Positions 27,190 through 37,613 of a stretch of DNA of 64,000 nt are shown in pieces. The translations under genes and the position numbers were made by a program. Below the pieces are notes generated by a model. It was not told the origin of the DNA and did no database searches. It worked only from the letters and a program-made list of their open reading frames with translations. Every line of letters starts with the position of its first letter. Position 1 is the stretch's first letter. Source of the DNA: Thalia democratica (Eukaryota); contig OZ241827.1 in NCBI GenBank assembly GCA_965202585.1, positions 64,170,001 to 64,234,000 of the forward strand, given 5' to 3'.

Positions 27190-27873
27190 ATGGCAGATCC
27201 AAACGACAAAAAGTACCAAAGTTGCTCGGATGAAGAGTTTTATGACATTGTTTTCAATAAGGGATGCCTTGATAGTTTCAACGAAAAGTACTGGTATCCT
27301 CAGCTTAGAAAGTATCAAGACTTCAGGCATGAAAGAGTGATTAACAGCTTGAGACGGGGTACAAGGCATCACTTGGAAAAAAACTTTTCAGACATGCAGT
27401 TCGCTGAAGGCGAAGACAACATGTGGTACAATTCGTACGACTGCACACACCACCAAAAAGGCGATGAAATGTACGATATGTTTGTGGAAGAAGTGCACAG
27501 ACATGTCGTGCTAAATGTTTTGCCCAAGCTGAAAGCCGTTGATGATGAGAACTTACTTGGTGTACTTGCTTCCAGCTGGAAAACTCACATGGACACAATT
27601 AGCACGTTTTCAAAGCTCTTCGAGCATCTGACGCTTTGGATTGAAACAGTTCCAGAGGATGAAAAGCCAAGAGACGGAATTAAGAAAATAGGTATGAAAA
27701 AGTTTAAAACAGAAGTTGTATTGAATGAGGAAGTCAAAGAAAGGTTGACATCGCTCCTGAAGAAACCTACTGAAGAACACGGAGAAGACGCAGGTGAAGG
27801 ATGGGAGGAGATAAAAGAGGTCTATGATATGCTGGTCGATGTGTATTGCTGCGAAGATTTTGAAAATAAATAG
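27190..27873 (+). CDS. Truncated Cullin-3-like protein, 227 aa, copy B (about 79% aa identity to copy A by manual count)
   Basis: Intact ORF from ATG 27190 (MADPNDKKYQSC...), preceded by a TTCATTTTACAG acceptor; colinear with copy A over its full length. Confidence 0.75.
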   Translation: MADPNDKKYQSCSDEEFYDIVFNKGCLDSFNEKYWYPQLRKYQDFRHERVINSLRRGTRHHLEKNFSDMQFAEGEDNMWYNSYDCTHHQKGDEMYDMFVEEVHRHVVLNVLPKLKAVDDENLLGVLASSWKTHMDTISTFSKLFEHLTLWIETVPEDEKPRDGIKKIGMKKFKTEVVLNEEVKERLTSLLKKPTEEHGEDAGEGWEEIKEVYDMLVDVYCCEDFENK

Positions 27874-29637
27874 AGTTGTTTAATATATATAAGTAGTCAT
27901 GTAGACCATAGGGTATTATGTTAATAAATTTCGTATTAAACGCTGTTGTGGTTTTTTATACTAACTAATTTTGTGTTTAGTACAAGTTATTGTTTGAGTA
28001 GTATTACGAGGAATTACTCTTTCCTTAAATTCCATACCAATTCAAATACATTTTTATTGCTAACTCTACATAAGAATTTTTTAAATATTATCAAAAAAAA
28101 AACAATATTTGACAGTACAGTAATCTATAAAAATTATTAAGTTGTTAGTTAGCCCTTATTGTTTTGTTTATATCAAAAAATTTACTGTTGCGATATAAAA
28201 ACAAAGTAAAAAGCTCTTCAAGTAGGCTCTATAGAAGGAGGTTTAGTCTATCTAGTTACAATATTTTCTATATACATATAGTTTATTTTGAAAATTGGAA
28301 TTAAACAAGATGATATGTTTCATAAAAAAAAGTTTTTAATCGTTAAATGTAGTTTTTTTTTAAATTACACAGAATAAGAAATTAAACGAATTTAGTTGCA
28401 CTTTGCTAAATATTAATACAAAGGTTATATAAAAAACATTGACGTAATTACTAAATGTTGCAGAGGACAAATTCCTAGATTAAAATTTAATCTTTCTTCT
28501 AAACCAGGGTTTTTCAAACTTTTTTTTTAAATTTCACCATAAAAGAAATCAAAAAGCGATGGCCCTCTTCAACAAGATTACTCAAAAAACTAATATAAAA
28601 AACACCTAGCTTATTTTTTTCTTTTACTTTTAAATATCAACTCCAGATTGGAGTTTAAATTCCAAAACTACCATCCAAAACACCTAGAACCTTTAATTTT
28701 GCTTTTCATCATCGACTCCAGAATAACTATTGTGAATTTTAATTTATGACCTCGTGACCTTCTGAATACCTGTCATATTTTTTTAAGACTGTGCACTTTT
28801 TATCACCTTTTAAGTTGTATTTAAATAAATGTTTGTGTGGTTAAGTTACAAACTTTTCAAAAAGCTCAGTCTCATTTTCACATACACCACTTTTGAAATA
28901 TTTTTATGGTAAGCATACCGGAATCTGAACTGAGCTAAGCATAAGCTGATGTAGAACTTCATCTGAAAGTGAAAGTTAACTATTGCCTTGTAAATAATGT
29001 TTCATGAACGACTTTTGCCCCCTTTAGATCAGCAGCGCAGTTACTTTAGACTATTTTCGTTAAGTATTTTTGTTATGTGTCTTAGTTGATATCTCCAAAT
29101 CAAGCCTACATGAATAACTATTTGCATATTATGTATGTTGAAGATTTTCGATAATAGATAATTATAGGTAAATTTTTCTTTGCTAGATTTATAAACTGTC
29201 TGCCGAAATTTGTATAAACTAAACTAATAAAAGGGGGATTATACCAAATTAAATTTTGTTTTTATTTTATTTTTGTTTTAGTTTTTTGCTTCGTTTTTTC
29301 GAAATTAAGTTTATATTGTAATTAAATTTTTTCATTATTAATTCGTGATGAGTTTTTATCTTAAATTTTTTTTCTACGTTTCTTGATCTTTTATTTAAAC
29401 GTTGATTAATTATATTTGTCAGTTGTTAAACAGTATTTTTGGGTGACTAGAAACTTTATTAATATGAATAATTTTTGCGCTTTGCCTTTTATAAGGCATA
29501 AAGGAAAGACACACAAATTGAGGTAGCCAGTTGTAATCATTGGTTATTTAACGGTCGATCGCAACTCCATAGACTTGAATGAGGCATGCGTGAGTATTAT
29601 TAGCTTTCAACTTTAAAGCCAGAAGAGTTAGGCAGTA

Positions 29638-30650
29638 AAGCTAGACCATCGTTTATGTACAACCAAACTTTTTCTAAATCAAAACTATTTTTTAACCCGT
29701 CTAACAAAAAAAAAGTCCCACTAATTCATATAATTCTCCACCCGTTAACGATCCCTGTGCAATATCAAAAATAGAGAATTGCTTTTTTCTTTTGCCACAG
29801 GTTTCCTTGTTCATAAAGTACTGACCAAAATGTGTTTTATATTGACTTAAGTCTTCAGCAGGTACGCTAGTATAATTATCAGCCAATTTTAGTGATTACT
29901 AACTCTTCGCTGATAAACGGATAAAATCGACTACGTATAACTTAATGTACTTTTGTTTTTCAAAACTAGTGTAACAATTAGAGACTTGGCCCGCATCGGT
30001 CCATGGTCCAAGTTTAAATTTTAAAAGCACAACGTTGTTGACGCAGTCAATCTTTACCTTTAATATTCGACCTACATCAGACATAGAAGCGTTGATTAAT
30101 CTACACTTTAGTTGTGGTAGGAAGTTATACTTATGGTCATTGACCGTTATGTATGTTTTTTTAACGAGATTTTTTTAATTCTGTCATGTATTTTTAGCCT
30201 TCAGACTAATATCTTTAAAAGTTTTGTCAGTACATTTTTTGTGACCATTAGTTATATTGACGTTTAATAAGGTTGATACTCACTCACTGAATTGTCATTG
30301 CAGTCAGAAGTTTTATCCGAAAGTACAACTAAACTTTTAATTTATACCCGCACAATCTTCAGCAGTTGTTAGAAACGGTTGCTAGTTGTTCTTACTGAAC
30401 TCCATTTTTTGCACCATTTTGATTAGATATTCTTTTAAAGCCTGCATATGTTGGATTGGCTTAGGTGTGCGTGTTGTTTTTAATCCTAATGTTTCGTGTT
30501 CTCCTGCAGCCACATGATCTTCTTCTTTAAAGATCTTCGCTCTCCACCGCATACGTCTTACCAGGTGTTGAGTATTTTGTATCAGTGCTTCCTTATATGC
30601 ATCTTGTTTAGCACACATGATAGTTCTTGGTATAGTGCTTGATTTTATAC
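29638..30650 (-). mobile_element. Degenerate Penelope-like RT fragment, same family as 12670-14830
   Basis: HLVRRMRWRAKIFKEEDHVAAGEHETLGLKT nearly matches the 12670 copy; GGELYELVGL and LYINDGLA (decayed LYRDDGL) RT motifs. Confidence 0.8.
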
Positions 30651-32229
30651 TTTTTAAAGTCTAACATTTTTAAGGAAAGAGATTTTTGTTAACTGTATAT
30701 ATAAAAATCCTAATTTCCTAATTTTTACAATAATAACTTTAAACAGCCTGAGTCGGTATAGTTTTTAATCAAACTAGCCTGGTTTTATTTGTTTTAGTCT
30801 AAGCTTAAATACTTTAAAACAATCCTAAATTTAACTAAACTATTCATAAATCTAAGATCTTCAGAGGTGTCTAATTTAGGAAAATATTGTCAAAACGTTT
30901 TCTAAACTTATTTTTAATGACTTACCTTATCTTAGAGAAAATAAAATTTGAGTTACAATAAAAATAGTTTGAGTCAGTCTTAAATATTACGAGCGTTAAC
31001 TTGGCTCAATTAGCATTTTTTTACAATTTATTTAAAACTCCCAAACTTTAGATCCAATCATTTTCCTTGTCTTTAAAGCTAACTAAAGAATTTTTTTTAT
31101 TCTAGATTATGCTCTTTTGACTTTAATTAAAAAAATCGATTGGATTGGGGTTTGTATTTTTGAGTGAGGCCCTTTAGAAAAAAATGTTTGTTTTTGATTT
31201 TTCATTTTAATTTGAATTCACTCTAATAAATATTTTAGCCGAAAAACATATTAATTTTTTAAATTTTAATATTCTTTTTTTTACTGTGTTCTCAAGGGTT
31301 GTTGTTTTTTTTCCTAATTTCTAATTTTTTAGTAATATATATAAACATTTTCGGTTGTAAATTTCATAAACATTCAATTTTCTAACGGTCACCGTAGCAA
31401 AATATTTTTTTACACTTAATTGTTACTATTTTAAATCTAAACTGTTTTTATGTAAGACATAACCCATGTACAATTTACTAAAATTATCATTATTTCAACA
31501 TGAAAACCCTCATAAAAGGAATAAGTTTGTTTAAATTTAAACGGAAAAAATTGACTACAACTTTATTCAATAATATTTAGAAAAAATAATAGTGTTTTAT
31601 GAAATTCTAGTTTTTATGAATATTTCAGTATTATCTCAGTTCTTAAACTAACGTTTAGTATATGTAATCAATGTTTTTTTTGTTTATATAATTTAAAAAA
31701 GTTTAATTGAAAATGATTATAAACTGTAAGAATGTTATAAAAATAAAACATACAAAACTTTTGCATATAAAACATTTATAATTAGACTATTTTTAACTTT
31801 AATTCAAAAAACACTTTGTTTATTTTTAATTATATTGTTTTGGTTCGTAACTTTGGTATGTATAAAACTAAAACATATAAATATTAGTGATATATTGCTT
31901 ATTGTTTTCTTAGTAGTAATTTCTTGCCTTTATATTTCACATTGTTTAAAAATTGAGGTTGAAGTTGTTTAAATTGTAATTCTAACTTTATTGGTCTCTC
32001 TTTGGGTATAATTTTCTTATAGAACATTTTTGCAAGCTATCTGTGATTGGTTAGTTGAAAAGTTATTAAGCATATATTAAACTAAAAACATAGAAAACGT
32101 AACTTTTTGAATTTATACCTCATAACTTACATAGTTGTAAAAATTTTTGTTATACAACTGTTAAACATATATGATAACACAAACGTTCTTTGTACTGTTT
32201 TTTAGTCTACAATTTTTTAGATATTGCAG

Positions 32230-33660
32230 TTTAGTTCAAAATAAATATTTTAGTTATATCTTCAATTAAAAGTTTAACTGACAGTAATGCATTGATTACC
32301 TTTAAAGACCACAAGGAAAACTTTCTTGATAACTTAAAATGCAAACTCCTGAATCCAGCAAAATCAAGTATTGGAATATTCAGTAAAATAAATTTAGACG
32401 AAATAACCCCTAAAATTAAAGAAAAGACTAAATTGCAACAGTGGAAAAACAACGACAATGTTATAACATGGTTTAATAAAATCACCAACAAAAGTAGTTA
32501 CACGTTCATAAAATTAGAAGTAAACGAAAATAACCAGCTCAGACATAGAAACTATACTGCACTCTTGCAAGACAGTCCTTATACATGACAACATAGTTTG
32601 GATCAAAAAGGCTGCGAAAGAAGACCTATTTGACGTGCCGATTGGAAGTTACCATGGCGCGAATTAACCGATTTGTTCCTATTAAATAATCTAAACCAAC
32701 TTTTATCTAAAGAAAACTTCGGGTTATACCGCGATGATGGCCTTTTGATAATTAGAAAACGTTCAAAAAGAATCATAGAAAAAGGATATCAGAGCAGATT
32801 TCTCGGAACAAAACTTAAGAAATAAGATTGAAATAGACAGCAGCAAGGTATATTTCCTGGATATTTCACTTGATCTACAAAATACTTTTACCATCTCTAC
32901 AGAAAATCTAACGCAAAAGAAAAATACATACGTATAAATTCTAACCACCCACCAAGTGTCAAAAGAGTGCTACATAATATGATACAAAATAGATTATCTA
33001 CTCTGTCAAAAAACGAATCTATGCTTAACAAATACAAAGAACCGTACGAAGAAGCGTTAAAAACAGTGACTTTAATAAGGTCCTAGAATACTCAAATCAA
33101 AAGGTGGCACAGCTGACAAAAAAAGAAAAAGAAGAAAAAAAAAGAAAGTATTGTACTACAACCCTCCATTTAGCTCAACTTTAAAAACCAAACTAGGAAA
33201 AGAATTTCTAAAGCTAGTGGACAAACACTTCCCAGAAAAACGGACCTCTTAATAAAATTCTGAACAGAAACACGATCAAAATTAGTTACTCATCTATGCC
33301 TAACATAGAATCTGGAATTAGTAAATCAAATCTTAAAATCATAGAGGAGAGCAAAAGCCAAGAGAAAAATGAAACAACTTGCAATTGCAGAGTTAAAACA
33401 TCATGCCCAGTGGAAGGTAAATGTCTTTCCAGAAGTGTTATATACAAAGCCACGGTAACACACAACAACAAAGAGTACCATTATATTGGATCTACAGCAA
33501 AAAACCTTTAAAATAAGATAAAACGAGCATATGCACAGTTTCAGAAACAAAAATATGAGAGAATCAACGAAACTGAGCTCTTTCATCCAGGCCGCCAAAT
33601 CCAACAAAGAAATGACCAAAAAATGTTAAGTGGAAGATAATACATAAAATTAATCAACGC
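32230..33660 (+). mobile_element. Degenerate Penelope-like element, left part (RT and GIY-YIG), interrupted by the LTR element
   Basis: ITFKDHKENFLDNLKCKLLNPAKSSIG; FGLYRDDGL; NCRVKTSCPVEGKCLSRSVIYKATV...YIGST; frame ends ...VKWKIIHKINQR at the LTR junction. Confidence 0.88.
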
Positions 33661-34956
33661 TGTAGGACACTTGTGCAAAATCTTATTTTGCCTTGTGTCC
33701 AAATTTTTATAATTTAAAGGAATTAATGTTTTTCACTTGATATTATATTTTTTCCTTAAAAAAGAAAACATTGAATAAATATAGTAAAACTGTTTTCCGA
33801 AAAAAAAAACTATTTTTCACAAACAAAATAAGTGCTAGTTAAAATGATTGTTGTCTTTGATTTCTTGATTAAACTGGAAATTGCTGTTCATGGGTGTGGC
33901 TAAGAGAAAATGAGAGAATAAAATGAGAGATCAAGTGATCTACAGTCCAAAGTCCAGGAAAATGAGAGAATCAAATGAGAGATTGCGTGATTTATAGAAA
34001 ATTCTAGAAAAAGAATTCAAAATCTATAAATACGCCCGATCAGAGCATGAAGCGGGCAATCCACCACGAAACAAGCAAGAAGCGACACTCTGCTCCGCAA
34101 AAGAAATAACATCGTCAATAAACAAGCAAGATGATTTCAACAACCATCTAATCGAAGAAGCCCACGCATTCTGTGGCATCGAGAATTTCAGTACTGGAAG
34201 TACTCTTTCATCAAACACTCTAAGTTGGACTCCACGATCGAGTCACAGCGTTCAATCAAGTTTAAGTATACAATCATCTCAGCAAGTAAACCCACACAGA
34301 CTGGGCGCCAACCTTAGCTACACTTCAACGAACAAGTTGTTTTCATACTGTTTGATTCTATCGTATTGTTTATATATTCATATTATCATATATACTCACT
34401 ATTGTATTTGCATTGTAATATTTATATATATTTATATCACCGCATTTATTCACTATTGTATTTGTATTGTAATAATTATACATATTGATATCATCGTGCT
34501 TATTTATTATCGTATTTTATCGCCCGCTCTGCTTACGGAAAGGAAAGGAAAACAGACCACGCTACGTTTAGCAAGATTCTGCAAACGAGACGGACCAACG
34601 TCGAGTGCCAGAAGCTGAGCGAACGGAGACCAGTGACACGCCAAAGGGGGAATCCGGAGCGCGTTTCCTTCTATTTGTTAACATTAAGTGTCTAAACTTA
34701 TTGTGAGCTGTCATTGCGTATTTGTACATAATAAACCAAAATTATTTAGTTTCATTATATTTAGTTAAATAATTATATCATTATGTCCTTAAAACCCTTA
34801 AAAAAGGCATTAGTCCTGAAGGCACCCAGAACTCGGTCCAGAACCGAGATAAGTTGTTCCGAGACTACTGCTAACCTGGAATCCGATGAGATTGTTGAGA
34901 CTGAAACCGAGGCAATTGCGAAGGAAACCAGTGAGGCTCCTAGTCTGGGTAACAAT
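33661..34956 (+). repeat. 5' LTR (1296 bp, TGTAGG...GGTAACAAT)
   Basis: Matches 46097-47392 with only four substitutions noticed and no net indel; TATAAA at 34025-34030; AATAAA at 34730-34735; internal AAATGAGAGA repeats at about 33905-33985. Confidence 0.95.
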
Positions 34957-37596
34957 AATGGCGTCCTCCGAAGCGAACATCCGCCGACCACAGAAGACAA
35001 CACTAAAAAAATTATCGAATTAACTAAATTAGTAGAAAATAGTAACAAACTAATAGAAGATAGATTTAATACTATTTTAAAAACAATTTCTATACAGAAT
35101 TCTCAATCATCGAATATCCCTACAAATACCGAGGTAAGTACAATAAATAATCTTAACCCACATATAAATTTAACAGATCCTGAAAAAATACGACCAACAA
35201 TGACAACAGAGGCGGTATCGACATTACCTACCAACAAAATCCAGACACCAATTCCATTATCAAGCCATGCGTCCAAATCTTGCACAATACCAAGCAATTA
35301 CAATTCAATTTTAAACGTTGACCATTCAAACGAAAGAAATGGAATTCAACCACATGATAATAACCAGTCGATTGCACAGTTACAAAGGCAAATTGACAAC
35401 CTCCAGAAGACAATAAACCAAAATCCTATCCACGAACGTATAACAACCCAACCTAACACCAACCACATTTTTGGCAACCACGATCCGATACCCAGAAATC
35501 AACACTTCCAGCAAACAGTTAATTCGAGGCTATCAAATAGCATTTCTGATAAAGCATTCAGAAAAATTTCAGGGGAAAGACCAAGAGAGGAGTTAAGCCT
35601 CTTCGAGGTTCAATGTAAAAGCCAAGGAACTTTTGATGATCAAACACAATTTCAGATTATTATCGGAATCTGGCCAATTAATGACGTACTTTCTTATGTA
35701 AAAGCTGGCAAACCATCTAGTTATATCTGTTTTAAACAAGAAATCTTAAGTATGACCCCATGTTTGCCAGACATACTTAAACCTCCACCTATCTGGAGCA
35801 GCACTCCAACCTTTAAAGATATCCATCAACTAATATCAAAAGGTCTTACATGCTCTCAAGATGACCTTTACAAACATTTGGCACTGATTTATTGCCCGAA
35901 ATGGGCTAGTAACATTCTAAAAAAAGACCTTGAATTACAAATTGATAAGTTCAAAGGTCGGGTTATGTGGACTCTTGAACAAGGCCCAATTGATTTGAAA
36001 ACAAATTACAACAATAGAAAATCAAACAACCAGTATAATTTTAATGACAAATTTCACAACGCATTCAACCAACAACAAAACCAAAACTTTTCAAATTATA
36101 ACCAGAACAGATACAATCAAGCACAAAACTATAGACCAAATCTAAACCAGTTTGATAATAAAAATAATAACAGGTGTAGTTATCACGTTAGGTTCGGTGA
36201 AAAATCCAATAATTGTGAAGGCCAACAATGCGATATGTACCAAAAATTTTTAGAGAAAAAATTAAGCTTTCTCAAAAATAAACCTGCAGCAGTTAACATG
36301 TCAATAATACAAGATATTTCGAATGCTGAACAAAGTAAAAATTCCACTCAAGACAAACCAGCAAACAGTAATAAAGTAGATGAATGCATTACTAACGACA
36401 GAAATAATGAGGAAATTAAACAAGAAACAAACGAAATAGATGATAAATTCATTAAAAGGAAATTGCCTTATGAAACAAAACTAAAAAACAATACTGAACT
36501 ATTAATAATTGCCGACAATGAAACCTCTGTACAATATCTTTTTGATACTGGTGCAGAAGTTTCGATCATACCCAAATCCATGGTTGACACATATGAAAAG
36601 GACAAGTCAACGCCTAATATATGCGACATAAATGGCAAAACATCTAAAGCATTAGGTTATTCAATGAAGTACGTTAAAATTGGCCTGAAACCGGACCTGC
36701 CACATTCTTTCTACGTAATAGACACAGATATTCCTTTTGCAATTCTAGGGTTAGATTTCATAATTAAACATAAATTAACAATAATACCACAAGAGAAAAC
36801 TATCGTACAAGGTGATTCAGGAGTTAAACTGAAATTAAAACAGCTAACTACTCCTGAAACAAAAATGAAAATAGAAGTAGAAAATCTCCTAAATCTTTTT
36901 CCTGAAATCGACAAAGAACCAAACTACAAAGAAAAGCCCAAGCACAACCATGTCTTAGATATAAAACTTGAAAAAGAATTTTCACCCCGACACCAAAGAG
37001 CAAGGAAAACTAACAAAACTATTTCAAAGGAAATAGAAGATAATTTTGATAAATTACTCAAACAAGGGGCGGTAATAAGAGGCATTTCTGAAATAGTCTC
37101 ACCTTTAACTGTAGTCAGAAAAAAGAATGGAAAGCCAAGGGTATGTGAGGATTACCAATATATTAACCAATGCACTAAAATAATGAGCTACCCTTTACCA
37201 AATATTGACGATCTTTCTTCTATTATACCAGTCAACTCTAAAGTTTTTTCAACACTCGACCTGAGAGAAGCATATTTGAATCTTCCCTTAACTTACCGAG
37301 CACAAAAAGTAGCAGCCATGATTTCTCAATATGGCACATTTTTGCCGTTAAGAACAACCTTCGGCCTTAAGAATGCCCCAATGGCATTCCAAAGGCTTAT
37401 GGATGACATAATGGCTCCATGCCATAATTTCAGCTTTACATACATAGATGACATTATAATTTATTCGAAATCAATGGAAGAACACATGCAACATCTGTTT
37501 GAAGTATTGTTTCAACTTAACAAATTTGGATTGCATAACAATAGGAAAAATGTAAATTCGCCGCTGAAGAAGTTCAATACCTTGGACACATACTGA
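34783..37596 (+). CDS. gag-pol: Gag-protease-reverse transcriptase polyprotein (single frame; frameshifted near end of RT)
   Basis: CSYHVRFGEKSNNCEGQQC Gag CHCC-type motif; YLFDTGAEVSIIP and FAILGLDFI protease motifs; RT motifs PRVCEDY, FSTLDLREAY, FGLKNAPMAFQR, YIDDIII. RT continues in another frame as KCKFAAEEVQYLGHILSSKG from about 37550. Confidence 0.95.
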   Translation: MSLKPLKKALVLKAPRTRSRTEISCSETTANLESDEIVETETEAIAKETSEAPSLGNNNGVLRSEHPPTTEDNTKKIIELTKLVENSNKLIEDRFNTILKTISIQNSQSSNIPTNTEVSTINNLNPHINLTDPEKIRPTMTTEAVSTLPTNKIQTPIPLSSHASKSCTIPSNYNSILNVDHSNERNGIQPHDNNQSIAQLQRQIDNLQKTINQNPIHERITTQPNTNHIFGNHDPIPRNQHFQQTVNSRLSNSISDKAFRKISGERPREELSLFEVQCKSQGTFDDQTQFQIIIGIWPINDVLSYVKAGKPSSYICFKQEILSMTPCLPDILKPPPIWSSTPTFKDIHQLISKGLTCSQDDLYKHLALIYCPKWASNILKKDLELQIDKFKGRVMWTLEQGPIDLKTNYNNRKSNNQYNFNDKFHNAFNQQQNQNFSNYNQNRYNQAQNYRPNLNQFDNKNNNRCSYHVRFGEKSNNCEGQQCDMYQKFLEKKLSFLKNKPAAVNMSIIQDISNAEQSKNSTQDKPANSNKVDECITNDRNNEEIKQETNEIDDKFIKRKLPYETKLKNNTELLIIADNETSVQYLFDTGAEVSIIPKSMVDTYEKDKSTPNICDINGKTSKALGYSMKYVKIGLKPDLPHSFYVIDTDIPFAILGLDFIIKHKLTIIPQEKTIVQGDSGVKLKLKQLTTPETKMKIEVENLLNLFPEIDKEPNYKEKPKHNHVLDIKLEKEFSPRHQRARKTNKTISKEIEDNFDKLLKQGAVIRGISEIVSPLTVVRKKNGKPRVCEDYQYINQCTKIMSYPLPNIDDLSSIIPVNSKVFSTLDLREAYLNLPLTYRAQKVAAMISQYGTFLPLRTTFGLKNAPMAFQRLMDDIMAPCHNFSFTYIDDIIIYSKSMEEHMQHLFEVLFQLNKFGLHNNRKNVNSPLKKFNTLDTY
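34959..34976 (+). promoter_or_regulatory. Putative primer-binding site TGGCGTCCTCCGAAGCGA
   Basis: TGG (complement of tRNA CCA) starts 2 nt after the LTR end. The first 8 nt, TGGCGTCC, match the complement of a typical tRNA-Asn 3' end; tRNA identity is not established. Confidence 0.65.
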
Positions 37597-37613
37597 GTAG
37601 CAAAGGTTTCTAT

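Larger units (their letters stand above)
14855..28155. repeat. Large diverged palindrome: left arm about 14855-20715, spacer about 2.5 kb, right arm about 23230-28155
   Basis: Colinear reverse-complement matches at many points: 14960-15110 vs 27900-28050, 17340-17480 vs 26480-26610, 17760-17920 vs 26040-26210, 18000-18130 vs 25840-25975, 18820-18870 vs 25130-25180, 20230-20350 vs 23630-23735, 20620-20715 vs 23230-23330. Confidence 0.9.
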
